Positions 36,107 through 49,300 are shown, numbered from the stretch's first letter. The stretch is 64,000 bases of DNA from Entomortierella parvispora E1425 (GCA_020891255.1 BQFW01000004.1:682001-746000); one strand, 5' to 3'. The notes: generated from the letters alone by a model not told the origin. Program-made: numbers and translations.

Positions 36107-36965
36107 TCACGCAATCTTGATCACAACCTTGCTCTTTGCCCTTGATGACGCGCTCTTGTCGAATGCGGCCAAGACTGAGGGTAAGGGTGAATTCGTTGAC
36201 TGGATCGGAATCAATCAGTAGTTTGATGGCCTTGTACAGGATCTCACCATTCGGGAGAGATGATAGCCAGGACCGGATTGCACGAAAGAGATCAACTCTT
36301 TGCTTGCCACATTGACCCCTGAATTGAGATAGTGGAAGGGGGTGTCAAAAGCATTGTCTGCTCTGGCAATACCGACCAAATTGCCGGTTGGCTTCAAGAT
36401 CGTGGCTCGGCTTGCCCACATCTAAAAAGAATCACAGAAATGTGTCAACAGAGTGAGTTAGATGAGTCGAACAGTTAGGACACAAAAAACAGCCTCCCAT
36501 GGTGCCATTTAGCCTTCCAGAGAACCATGTTCTTACTTCCGCTGCCTTTCCAACGGTCATATATAATATCAAAGTCTTGGTCGCGATACTTTTGAGTCAC
36601 ATCCGTAGTCATATAATCCACGACTTCATCCGCACCAACGTCCTTAACCAGTTGCACATTTGCAGTCGAGCACACCCCCACTACATAGACACCCAATGCT
36701 TTAGCGATCTGCACGCTCGCAGTTCCTACGGACAAAAGGAAACCATGATAGAAAATATATGTGCATCCTCCTCTACAGATGCGGAGGAGACTAGGTACCT
36801 GTCCCGCCACTAGCGCCATTGATCAGGACTTTGTCCCCCTTCTTGATCCGGCCACGAAGAACAAGTCCCTCCCAGACGGTCGTAGCGATCAACAGCCAAG
36901 CTGCAGCCCGTTCAAAGGTCTAGCGTTCGGGCTTCCTCACCAGTTGGGACCCATCCACGACGCTA
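36107..36965 (-). pseudogene. Decayed tandem copy of the 3' two-thirds of the adjacent quinone oxidoreductase
   Basis: Collinear with 37175-38140 including introns. W->TAG at 36920-36922, frameshifts near 36555 and 36260, and no recognisable 5' end. Confidence 0.85.
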
Positions 36966-37174
36966 TGTCAAGGTGCTGTGCAAATGATGTTGATCAAGTA
37001 CCGATGACAGACGAAGGGCCAATGGAAGCTGAAAATGTGACGGTAGCCAACCTTTCAAATACCATACTTCCTCAATCCGATGACAAACAGCATTGAGTGG
37101 GGACGAAATCGTTTAATGATATGATATGAAGTACATAGCTGGAAATAGACGTAACATTCTCTGACAACAGAACC

Positions 37175-38503
37175 TCACACAATCTTGATCACAATTTTGC
37201 CCTTGGCTCTTGCCGACGCGCTCTTATCGAACGCGGCCAAAACCGAAGGCATGGTGAATTCGTTGACAGAGTCAATGACTGGGTCGGAATCAGCCAGTTG
37301 TTCGATGGCCTTGTTCAGGACCTCGCCACTCGGAAAAGTAGTATACAAATGATAGCTGGGGCCGGACTGTAAAAAGGAAGTTAGCTTTTTGCTTCCAATT
37401 TGGGCGCCTGAATAGAGGAGGTGGAAGGGGGTGTCCATGGCATTATCTGCACCAACGATACGGATCAAATGGCCACTTGGTTTCAAGATTGTGGCGCGGT
37501 TTGCCCAGATCTGAAAAGATAGAAATGTGTCAATGGAACGAGTGAGTTAGATGAGTCGAACTGTTTGGTACCTCAAAAATGACCCATGGGTCAGGACATA
37601 GGTCCAAAAAAAAAAAAAAAAAAAAAAAACCATAGACTTCGCGTTCTTACCTCTGCTGCCTCTCCGACTGCATCAAACACAATGTCAAAGTCTTGGTTGC
37701 GATACTTTTGAGTTACATCCTCGGTCTTGTAGTCCACGACCTCATCCGCGCCAATATCCTTGACCAGCTGTATGTTTGCAGTCGAACAAACTCCGACCAC
37801 GTAGGCGCCCAACGCTTTGGCAATCTGTACTGCCACAGTTCCTGTGGACAAAAAACGACTGTTTTAGAACAAATTGTGATGACGATTTGGGACGGAACCC
37901 ATGTGTTTTAGTCTTCCCGCAGCCGCCTGTGCGTGTGAAGAAAAATTGTGGTCCTCTTGATGCTTACGTACCTGTGCCGCCGCTGGCGCCATTGATCAAG
38001 ACTTTGTCGCCCTTCTTGATCTTGCCACGGATGACAAGTCCTTCCCAGACAGTCGTAGCGACCAATGGCCACGCTGCCGCCTGCTCAAAGGTCCAGCGTT
38101 CGGGTTTCTTTACCAATAGAGACTCTTCCACCACCGCGTATTCTTGGAGTCCGCCTGAATGTCTAAAGTCCAACATGGCCATGACCTCATCGCCCAGCTT
38201 GACCTTGAGTGCCTTGGAATGAACCTTGCCCACACTAGGGCCGATACCGACCACTGTGCCAGCAATATCCAAGCAAGGAACCTTGACACTTGGCATCAAA
38301 AGTCTAGGAACCCCACCTTTCATGAGTTTCCAGTCCACGGGGTTAATCGAGGCGGCGTGGACCTTGACCAGCACATGTTTGCCATAGACGTCAGGGACCG
38401 GGGCAGCCTCGTTGAACGATAACATCTGGCTACGGTCCTCGCCAGGAGCGGTCCATTGGACCGCCTTCATTGTCTCTGGGACATCTGGAGAGTATGTGGA
38501 CAT
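37175..38503 (-). CDS. MDR-family NADPH:quinone oxidoreductase (RTN4IP1/AST-like)
   Basis: VKVHAASINPVDWK, DIAGTVVGIG, VLINGASGGTGT and ARAKGKIVIKIV. Confidence 0.88.
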
Positions 38504-39023
38504 GGTATGGGTTGGTTTTGCTTTGCTTTGCTTGCTCGGTTGTGGGAAAAGGAGGAGTGAAGAGGAAAGAGGAAAGAGGAAAGAAAAAAAAAGGCGCAGG
38601 GGAAGATGTGAGAAATTGTCAGTCCCTACGAAGGCTCTCTTTTATGGCGCGGGTGATCGGTCCAGCAGGGGATGCAAAGAGAAATAAGCGATCGGCCACG
38701 CCCACACCAACGAACGCGTAAGAAAATAACTATGAAAGTTGATAAGGGAGCCGGGGAAGGTCAAAGTACAAGCACTGGTGTGGTCATCATACCGCTGTCC
38801 AGCAGACGTTGTTGAACTACTTGAGTGGGAGGATGTGCATGCACATGCAGATGCTGATTAAGTGTACATGCTGCGAGGAACCAAGAAGCGGAGAGATCAC
38901 TTCATTACCAGCAAGGCGATGCTGATGTTCCACATGCTGATGCTGCAACAGAGAAACCATCATGCAACAAGCAACCTAGCAACCTAGCAGCCTAGCAACC
39001 TAGCGAACAAGTTTGAGTGGCAC

Positions 39024-39029
39024 TGACTC
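39024..39029 (+). promoter_or_regulatory. Putative Gcn4/CpcA element (TGACTC) upstream of IPMS
   Basis: Core hexamer about 470 bp upstream of an amino-acid biosynthetic gene. A single hexamer is weak evidence. Confidence 0.3.
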
Positions 39030-39497
39030 CACGGAACCCCGGACTCCCGGACTCTTTGTCCGAAGAGAGGACAGACGACAGAAACAGAAAGAACGACGGT
39101 GAGACGAGCACGCGCAAGCTGAGTGGTCCGAGGAATTGAGTGCAGGAGGGAGATGACACATCTGTATAGGGGTGTTCTACGCCGTGTAACGTGCAGATCT
39201 TATCTTTGTGCACTCTGTGCCTTCAGTGCTGTTCCGTGGACACATACATCCACATCAGTCAACCACGCTCATCCATAAAAGACGGCTTCCCCGCTTCCGT
39301 TTCCCCTCTCTTTTTTTTTTTCTTTTTCCCTCATACTTTCATACCTTCATCTTCTGCCCCGGACATCGGCCCCGCTACTTCACTCGCGCGCTTTCCTTCT
39401 CTTCAACACCACCACAGCCGCATTTATACCCCTCCGTACACATTCAACGAGCTATCCGCCAGCATACAAACTTCTCTCTATATATACATAACCAGCC

Positions 39498-41387
39498 ATG
39501 ACCATCGTAAACAACTCCAACTACAAGGACAAGCTCATCATCTTTGATACCACCCTCAGAGACGGCGAACAATCTCCTGGCGTCACCCTCACCGTCAACG
39601 AAAAGATCGAGATTGCTAAACAGCTCTCCAGTCTCGGAGTCGATATTCTCGAGGCTGGCTTCCCTGTCGCGTCCCAGGGTGACTTTGATGCAGTAGAGCG
39701 GATCGCCACCGAGGTTGGCCCCTTGATGGTTGGCCGTGAGGCCATTGGCAAGCCCATGGTAAGGACTAGACGAAATGTTGCTCAGGCCGATGAAGGTTGG
39801 GCGCGAGCTTATCTTCTTTGGATCATGATTTCTCGTGTATTACTCATTTGTGTCTCCACAGTTCCGCTCTGGGTCCACTCAACGTCGCTCTCGCATGTGC
39901 GCGCTGCAACCTGCGCAAAACTCTGTCCAACGTGACTGTCTAATCTCTAACCAACCATCTTCCGCTGTTCCTTCTAGACGATCGCTGGTCTTGCCCGCGC
40001 CGTACCCGCAGACATCAAGCGCTGCTTTGATGCCATCGCCAATGCTCCCAACCGCCGCATCCACACCTTCCTTGCCACTTCTGACATTCATCTCCAGCAC
40101 AAGCTCAAGATCACACGAGAGGAATGTATTACCAGAGCTGTCGCTGCCGTCTCCTTCGCAAAGACCCTTGTCGACGATGTCGAGTTCTCACCCGAGGATG
40201 CAGGACGAAGTGACCAGGATTTCTTGTGCAAAGTTCTCTCGGCTGTAATTGAGGCCGGTGCCACCACTCTTAATATCCCCGACACTGTCGGATACAACAT
40301 GCCTGAGGAGTACGGCGCCATGATCAAGTACCTCATCGCCAACACGAAAGGATCAGATAAGGTCATCTGGTCCGCTCACTGCCACAACGACCTTGGACTC
40401 GCCACTGCCAACACTCTCTCCGGCATCATGAACGGAATCCGCCAGGTCGAGGTCACGATTAACGGTATCGGTGAGCGTGCTGGAAACACTGCCATGGAGG
40501 AGGTTGTCATGGCTGTACACACCCATCCCGACTTCTTCCCTGTCTACCACACGATCAACACTCCTCAGTTCTTCAGGATCTCGCAGATGGTATCATCTCT
40601 GTCTGGTATGGCAGTACAGCCCAACAAGGCTATTGTAGGTGCCAATGCCTTCTTGCACGAGTCTGGAATCCATCAGGACGGTGTTCTCAAGAACAAGACG
40701 ACATATGAGATCATTAGCCCCGAGACTGTTGGTGCCAACACTATCAACCTCGTCCTGGGTAAGCACTCTGGTCGCGCAGCTTTCCGTTCTCGTCTCCAGG
40801 CTCTTGGATTTGATGGTTTGGACGACACAGAGTTCCAAGCCGCCTTCAACAGCTTCAAGACTTTGGCCGACAGCAAGAAGCGTGTTACGGAACAGGATTT
40901 GATTGCTCTCTTGTCTGATCAAGTATCGTCTGCCTCTGGAGAGAAGCCCACCTATATAATCAAATCTCTCCAGGTTGTCTCTGGTACTACCATGGCCTCG
41001 GCTACGGTAGAACTCCAAAACACTACCACGGGTGAGGACATTGCCGATGCCGCGACTGGCAAGGCTGGTCCAGTAGAGGCAGTCTACAAAGCCATCCAGC
41101 GCTTGGTTGGCAAGAGGATTCGCCTCCTCAAGTTTGATATCACGGCCGTTGGTGAGGGGGTGGATGCTCTCGGACAGGTCTCGGTCAAGATTGCAGAGGA
41201 TTCCTCTGCCAGCTCTGACAGTGAGGATGCAGAGGAGCAGGGTGGATTGAGCAAGGCCACCTACCACGGCCACGGCACCGATTCAGATATTATCCAGGCT
41301 GCTACCAAGGCCTATGTGAACGCCATCAACCGCTTGGTCGCCAACGAGAACGAGCGTCTCCTTGGAGAGCGCAAGGTCGATGTTTAA
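39498..41387 (+). CDS. leuA: 2-isopropylmalate synthase with C-terminal regulatory domain
   Basis: [43 protein letters not shown] and LGKHSGR; one intron at 39759-39977. Confidence 0.93.
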
Positions 41388-42040
41388 TTGACGCGTCATC
41401 TTTCTTCCTGGAATTGCTAGCATCTTCAATAAATGTTCACAGTTTGGAATCTACCTGATGACTTGATGCCTCGGGTGGTTTTTCTTGTCCATGGTCCTTC
41501 CAACATCTGCCCTATGTCATGCTAAAGATAGAAGTCATCTGGATGATGAGAGCAGCCCCTGCCAACTAGGGGAACATGTTGGCGTTGAGCCTACGTTCGG
41601 CAGGATTGCAGCAACGGCTATTCTGCATACACGTAGCCCTTTCCAGGGTCATTCAAAAAGGCAGAAAAGGGAGAGGTTGGCAAAGAAAGGAGGAGGGGCC
41701 TGAAACTATGACGGGATATCTGTCAGAGGAGATTCGACACTGGGATGATGATGGTCCGAACCGCACTTTGGTCAGGGCAGCAACTGCCATAAAACACTCC
41801 TCTCTCTCTCTCTCTCATCTCTCCGTTTCTTTTCCCCCTTTTTCTGTTCCCCAGCATCTTACCCTTTCTCTCTTCACTGCACGATCACCTTTGAAAGAAT
41901 ATAAAGCCCCCCCCTGACAACGCGATTTTACCCCCCCCACCACCACGCCATCCCCTTTTCAAATAGTCCACCGCTTCTGATATCAAGTCAGAATTTTTGC
42001 AAACAAAAGGGATCCCAAAAACTTGCATCTGCACACCACC

Positions 42041-42196
42041 ATGTCGTTCTCAGGCCGGTCCTTCTTTATTGCCACGGCAGTTCTTGCCTTCGCCATGATG
42101 TCCTTGGTCGTCGAGTCTGCACCGATCCCCGCTCCCATAGTCTGTATTGCTGATAGTGAATATTGCAACCCAAACTTCACGCCCACCAATAACTAA
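42041..42196 (+). CDS. Small secreted peptide precursor, 51 aa (not in the ORF track)
   Basis: MSFSGRSFFIATAVLAFAMMSLVVESAPIPAPIVCIADSEYCNPNFTPTNN*. CACCACCATG start context and TATAAA at 41900-41905. Confidence 0.7.
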   Translation: MSFSGRSFFIATAVLAFAMMSLVVESAPIPAPIVCIADSEYCNPNFTPTNN

Positions 42197-42470
42197 AAAA
42201 CTATTCTATGACCCCTGTATTTATGTCCATGTGCCCTTTTTTACTTGTTTTCGATGCAAAATGGAGGGGCAATCATGCCTGCTAAGCCTGGAAGTAATTG
42301 GGAGCCCAATGAACAAGCAGGCTGAGTCAAGAGGTCAAGGGCTTATCCAGTTGACTTTTGGTGAGCATATGAGAGAGACGGAAAAAGGAACAAAAGGGAA
42401 GAGGAGAAGTTCAGGCGCGAGGAAACCAACGTCTTGCTGCCTGCAACCGACAAAACTTTAAAAAAAATAT

Positions 42471-42541
42471 TGCGTGGTCCGGGAATCGAACCCGGGTCTA
42501 CCGCGTGGCAGGCGGTAATTATACCACTAAACCAACCACGC
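42471..42541 (-). tRNA. tRNA-Gly(GCC)
   Basis: GCGTGGTTGGTTTAGTGGTATAATTACCGCCTGCCACGCGGTAGACCCGGGTTCGATTCCCGGACCACGCA folds into a cloverleaf with anticodon GCC; a poly-T terminator follows. Confidence 0.97.
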
Positions 42542-43398
42542 TTTGTTTCGATGAGAGCGAACGAGATTCAAGTCACCTGATTCTAGGTCTCAATTGGCCG
42601 TATAAATTTCACGTACACAAAGCTAAATACAAGTGTACGTATAATCTGGTGACTGGATAGTCGTACAAGCCACCAGAGATCCTTGTGTGTCTTTTTTTTT
42701 TTTTTTTCCTCCTTCGTTCGCCTTTTTCCTCTCTTTGTGCTGCAGTGCGCATAACTTGTATATAAACGAGCGCACTAGGACCGCGGGTGCTGGTCTCGAT
42801 TTCGCTCTCCCCAACCCCCACTCCGCCCCTCCTCGCCAGCTTTCCTTGCCTTCCTCCGCACCTTCCACCTCCCTCCCTTCTTCCACCTGCCCTCTCCTTT
42901 TCCGCCTTCCCTACCATTCCCCCGCCAGTAGCCCCCCCCCCCTTTCTCCTCGCTCCCTCTATCCAGCCTCCGTCGCACATCCACAGCCTTTTTGGTCGAT
43001 CGACAGGTACAAAAAAAATCTAGTGCAACGCGTCCACCTGATCAGTTTTTTTTTGTTGCCACTATTTTTGCATGTCATGGGCATGTTGCATTGTTGCATG
43101 CGCACTGCCACCCACCTGCCACCCAATCCAAGGATGACTGTGCTTCCTGACTTGCAGCATGACCATCTCGCGATCTGGATGCTGACGATGCCAGTGTCAA
43201 CCAATGCCAGGCACACCCTGGGAAAAGAAGAACTTGAAGTTAACGCGTATGCCCGACTTCACCTACATAGGGCCGTGTACGAGAATATCAATCCCCCTTC
43301 CCGCAGAGTACCCAGTTGCCTGCCGTTTGAATTAGGTGTCAATAGCGAAGTAGCAGGCTGACCGTCGCCCGCCTCTACGTACTTCAGCGACCACAGAA

Positions 43399-46300
43399 AT
43401 GGCTACCAGGTATGGTCTTCGATTCTTCCTTTTGATCATCTTTCCGATTTTGTAACCGACTGCTGACCTGTTTGGTCTTTCTTTATTTCAAACTCGGTAG
43501 ACTTGATCGCTTGGTGCTCCTACTGGAGACTGGCTCTACGGCAGCCGTCAGGGCCACGGCAGCACAACAGCTTGGCGATATCCAAAAGCAGCACCCTTCA
43601 GAATTATTCAATCTGCTCTCAAGGGTAACAAGCCAATTTACGAAATCCTCGTACAACTCAACCTTTTATTTCATCTTTTTTAACATTTTTATTTCTTTTT
43701 TCCGTTCAGGTTCTTGTGCACTTGCGGAGCAAAAACTGGGACACAAGGATTGCCGCCGGACAGGCGCTGGAGGCAATTGTTAGCAATGTTCCACAGTGGA
43801 ACCCAAACGAAGGCATGTTGCCGGAAACCGAGCAAGTCGATTTCATATTGGATCGACTGGTTTTCCTTTGACTAACATTGTCTTACACACCTCATAGACC
43901 CAGATGTAAAATCGGAGAACGGATCATCAGAAAAACCCGCCACAACAGAACAATCGAAATATGACAGACTTGCGTTCGCCAATTTTGATATTGCTCAGGT
44001 TATCCAAAATGGAAAGTTGCTTCTGGGTTCCGCAGGAAAAGAATACGACCTGGACCTGAGCGACCTGGACCCCGCCGAGCGACTTGCACTCCAAAGAAAG
44101 AACTTGGCGACCAATCTCGGACTTATGACCTCACAGTTCATGGATGGTAATGTTGCTTGAGCGCAAAAAAGCTATTTTCCGCCGACTTGGCTCTCTGAAC
44201 ATGCAGCTAACGGTTATAAACAATCCACTTTTTTTAGTGGATCTCGTGGATGAGTCTGATATCTCGACACCAAAAGTAAAGCAGGAGCAGCCTCTTACGC
44301 CCGCCGCCGCCGGGGGTTCAAAGACGCCACTGACCTCGCCCGGTACCCCAAATGAGGCAGACATGGAGGGCCTAAGTGCTCGTGAACGAAACAAACTGAA
44401 GCGACGGGCCAAAACTGACTTGAAATTCAAGGGCAAGGACAAGTATGGACATTGCAATCGCATAAAAAGATCCTGTACATTCTACATTTGAAGACCAGTA
44501 CTAATTCACATATAAACCTATAGAGTCCGAGTCATTGATCTTGCAGGACGGCGAAAAGGACCAGAGACACCAGGAACGCCAGCAACTCCACATTCTGTGG
44601 CAGATGGCCAGGAAGCAGGATATTTTGAATTTACTCCGCAGTCACATTCCAACAAGGTGGTGGTTGAGGCCAAGTTGCCTGTGCAGTCCGTTGTGGAGAC
44701 ATCAACAGAATGGCCTTTCGAGGGTGTTTGCGACCTACTCTGCATGGATCTTTTCGACCCTAGTTGGGAGGTACGACATGGGGCTGGAATCGGTCTTCGT
44801 GATATCCTCAAAGTACAAGGAAGTGGTGCTGGTCGTATTGTGGGTTGTACCAAGGCTGAGAACGACGCTAGGCACAATGAATGGCTGGAGGATGTTGCTA
44901 TTCGACTGCTCTGCGTGTTCTCATTGGATCGCTTTGGCGATTTCGTGTCTGACCAAGTAAGGATTATCCCGATCTTTGTGTTCCTCCTACGGATTAGTGT
45001 CGTGTCTAACATTTAATTTCTCTTTAGGTTGTCGCACCCGTCCGAGAGACTTGCTCCCAAACTCTTGGAGCTCTCCTGAAACATATGTCAGATGAAGGAG
45101 TCAAGAACACTCTTGGAGTGTTGATGCGTCTCATTTATCAAAATGATGTGTTCGAGGAAGGCATGGAGCGCGATTACATTTGGGAGGTGCGTCATGCTGG
45201 CATGTTGGGGCTCAAGTACGCAGTTGCAGTGAGACAGGATCTCCTGGACAATGACTCGGCATACGCAACAGACATGCTGGAGAACGTTGTAAAGGCGGTA
45301 GTTCTTGGTTTGCAGGATGAGGACGACGATGTACGAGCAGTGTCAGCCTCGACCCTCGTTCCAATCTCGTCCAATTTTGTCACCAAGTTGCCAGACAGAA
45401 TCCCAGAAGTCGTCAATGTCCTTTGGGATTGTCTTGCAGTGTTGAAGGACGACCTGACGGCTTCCACGGCAAGTGTTATGGATCTGCTGGCAAAACTGTT
45501 CACTTTCCAGAGTGTCCTTGACTATATGATCCAGCCCAAGGATGAGAGGTACGACATGTGGAGTTATTGAAGGAATGCTCTATCATGGACAGCAACTTAC
45601 AATGCATTTTTTATTTTATTTTTTTAAATAGCCGTGCTCTTGTGAATTTGATTCCACGATTGAACCCGTTCTTCCGTCACACTATCCCCAGCGTGCGTTT
45701 GGCAGTTCTGAACGCCATCATTACCTTTCTCAAACTGAAGTCGATCTCAGAGTGGGTTGATGACCGAGTTGTCCGAATGGTCTACCAGAACATGATTGTC
45801 GAGGAACGAAAGGAAGTCCTCGATCTGTCGTTGACCGTGATGACGGCCCTTATTGATCACATGGCGTCTATGGATTCCTCCGCCTTGATGATCACGGTCA
45901 TTCAGCCACACTTGCAGGCATTCTTCACCATGCTTCTCACTCCCATCGGAACACCTCTGGACACGCGCCTGTTTTACTCGCCCACAGGACACGGAACAGC
46001 CGCAGTGGTCGTCGAGACCCCTCGAGCGGGCCGAAAAGCTCAGGCCACACAAAATCACTCGCACAATGTGGATGTCGGTATGCTGAAGCAGGATCTCGCG
46101 CTCGTGTCTGCCACCTCTGTAATCCGTTGCAGGCTGACGGCCAGTAAGGCGCTGGGCTTGGTGATGGCTGGATGGCCTCAGGATCAACTGGATACAGCTT
46201 TCTACGCCCTTTTACAGCCCAATTTCAACTCTCCTTGGGCGATGCGTCGCCAAATGTCTGCCATCATTGTCGCAGAATGGGCTACTGCCTTTAAGCAGCG

Positions 46301-49300
46301 CTTGGGCCAATATCCAACCGAAGCTGGACTTTCATTTGGATTGATTGCTTCCGCTGCGCTCATTGAGTGCCTCGTTGCCGAGCCTCCATTGAGCTACCTC
46401 GAGAGTATTACTGTATTGAAAGGAATCCGTGCCGAGATCCAAGCAATGCTGAACGCCTATGTCAGCGATGGCAAACTTCCTCAGGCTAGTTTGCCTGGAC
46501 TCCCACAGGTGGCCGGCATGGGCAACACTGGAGATGGAACCAATTTCACAATCGAGTATGCACGTCACTTTGCTGCCGTTGTTGTTCCCAGTCTTATGAA
46601 CCAAATCAGTGCTCGCACACGGAAGGTCGCCGTCCCTTTGTTAGCTGGACGCCAGGAGCGCGTGATTGCCAGTATCGGATACTTTGAGTCTATCAAGGAG
46701 AAGGCCGATCTTTATGTGGCTGCAGCAGTTGGTTCAGCTGTTATCAACCTGGGCACACTGCCAGGAAAGCTGAACCCTGTGATTAACAGTGTTATGAAGA
46801 GCGTGAGGGTACGTATTAAGAGTTTTAAGCAACGCTTGTTGGGGAATGAGACTTTAATGTGCGCTCGAATCTGACTCTCTTATCTATTGCCATCCTTAGA
46901 GTGAAGAAAACGCCGAGCTTCAGACGCGATCTGCGACGACTCTAGCCAGTTTAGTAATTTTGTGCAACTCACCCTTCTGCACTTTGCGCGTGGTACCCAC
47001 GCCAAAGCTGGTCAAGAACCTTGGACGATACCTTTGCGGCGACACGTCGATCACCCCATCCTTGGATCAAGACTCCTCTCTTGAGGGTATCTTTTCATTG
47101 AAGAAGTCCAAAGAAGCAAGTGCAGCCGATGCTAAAACCGTGGGTGGTCATGGAATGGAAGATGTCAAGATCACTGCCAAGGATACTACCATTGTCGAAG
47201 ATGAAGAGACAAAGCTTACAAGACGAGGCGCTGTCGCAGCTTTCAAAGAGTTTGCTGAAAGATTTGGGTCTTCTCTCTTTACCGAAGTGCCGAAGGTCTG
47301 GGAATGTATCAGTGAACCTTTATCAGCATTCGCGAGCGGTAAGACTCCAGTCCAAGGACACAATGGGATTCAGACGTAGAAGAATTCGCAAGAATTAGAC
47401 GTTAATTCATTTTTTTTATAGGTCCTATTACGGAAACCACAGCTCTTGAGCCAGATGCATGGCACGATGTAATTGATGCTCTGGAAATGATCAAGACTTT
47501 GGTTCCACATCTCCACCCTGGACTTTACTCATATATCCAGGAGTTGATGCCACATATCGCCACCGCTCTCTTGTCACCCTTTACGGTCGTTCGCCACGCT
47601 GCTGCAAAGTGTCTGGCCGTGATTTGCAATGTCATTACGGTGCCAGGAATGCACTTGGTTATTGACAAGGTCGTTCCATTCCTCGGAGACACTGCCAATA
47701 TCATCCGACGCCAAGGTGCAGTGGAGATGATTAACGAGGTGGTGCAAATCATGGATGCCAAGATTTTGCCTTATGTCGTCTTTTTGATCGTCCCTATCCT
47801 TGGACGGATGAGTGACCCGGATGAGCCTACGCGCTTGGTATCAACAAACTGTTTCGCCCATCTGATCAAGTTGGTGCCTTTGGAAGCCGGTATCCCCGAC
47901 CCACCAGAGATGTCTGCTGAGATGTTGCAGCAGCGACAAGAAGAGAGACAGTTCTTGATGCAGCTCTTGGACAGCAAGAAACTGCAGCCTTATTCGATTC
48001 CAATCAAGATCAAGGCGGAACTCAGAAAGTACCAGCAAGAAGGTGTCAACTGGCTTGCGTTTTTGAACAAGTATCAGCTGCATGGTATTCTTTGTGACGA
48101 CATGGGACTCGGAAAGACTCTACAGTCCATCTGCATGCTTGCCAGTGATCAACATGATCGCAAAACCAAGTTTGCCGAAACTGGGTTCCCACAGTATGCG
48201 CACTGTCCCTCTCTGGTCGTTTGCCCGCCAACGCTGACTGGCCATTGGTACCATGAAATCATTCAGTACACCGACAACTTGAAGCCAATCATGTATACTG
48301 GAGGACCGCAGGAACGAAAGCGACTCCGGGACCAGATCCGCAAGCACGATGTCGTGATCATGTCCTATGATGTTGTCAGGAACGACATTGAAAGCTTAGA
48401 GAAGATTCATTGGAATTACTGTATCCTGGATGAGGGTCATATTATCAAGAACGGTCGGACAAAGATCACAAAGTCTGTTAAGATGGTCAAGGCAAACCAC
48501 CGAGTGATTCTCTCTGGAACGCCGATCCAGAACAATGTTCTGGAATTGTGGTCGTTGTTTGATTTCTTGATGCCTGGATTCTTGGGCACTGAAAAGCAAT
48601 TCAACGAGCGTTTTGGAAAGCCTATTGTCGCCAGTCGAGACTGCAAGAGTTCATCTCGTGAGCAAGAAGCAGGTAATGATGCGTTTTCATTATATTTGTA
48701 TTGATCGAGGTCGATTGTCAATGGTGGAGTTGTTTTCTTATATCCTTCACTTTCACTACTTGATTATTAGGTGTGCTTGCATTGGAAGCCCTTCATAAGC
48801 AGGTGCTTCCCTTCTTGTTGCGCCGTCTAAAGGAGGACGTGCTGAGCGATTTGCCACCAAAGATCATCCAGGATTACTACTGTGAGCTCAGTGATCTACA
48901 GAAGCAGCTCTACGAAGAGTTTTCGAAATCGCAGATCAAACACGAAATGGAGGAGGAATTGACCACGGACGGTGATTCCACTGCCGTTGCTGTTTCGGAC
49001 GTTCCTCAAAAGGCGACTCACATCTTCCAGGCTCTGCAGTACCTCAGGAAGCTTTGCAACCATCCTCTGCTGGTCGTGAACGAGAGGCATCCCGAATACA
49101 CAAAGGTCATGAGTCAACTCAAAGCCCACAAGCAATCTATCCACGACATCAGTTTTGCGCCAAAGCTCCAGGCGTTGAAGCAGCTGTTGATGGATTGTGG
49201 TATTGGATCCAAGCCCCTTTCAGAATCCACTGCTGACGTTGAGGCTTCCTTGATCCACGGCGGAGAGTCGGCGGTGAGCCAGCATCGCGCATTGATCTTT

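Noticed and set aside
15352-41387. Biosynthetic gene cluster (chorismate lyase, LACTB2, oxidoreductase, IPMS)
   Set aside because: The genes are far apart, interleaved with housekeeping genes, and there is no core PKS, NRPS or terpene synthase.
42471-42541. Ty3-style targeting of the retrotransposon to a tRNA gene
   Set aside because: The only tRNA seen is 17 kb from the insertion.
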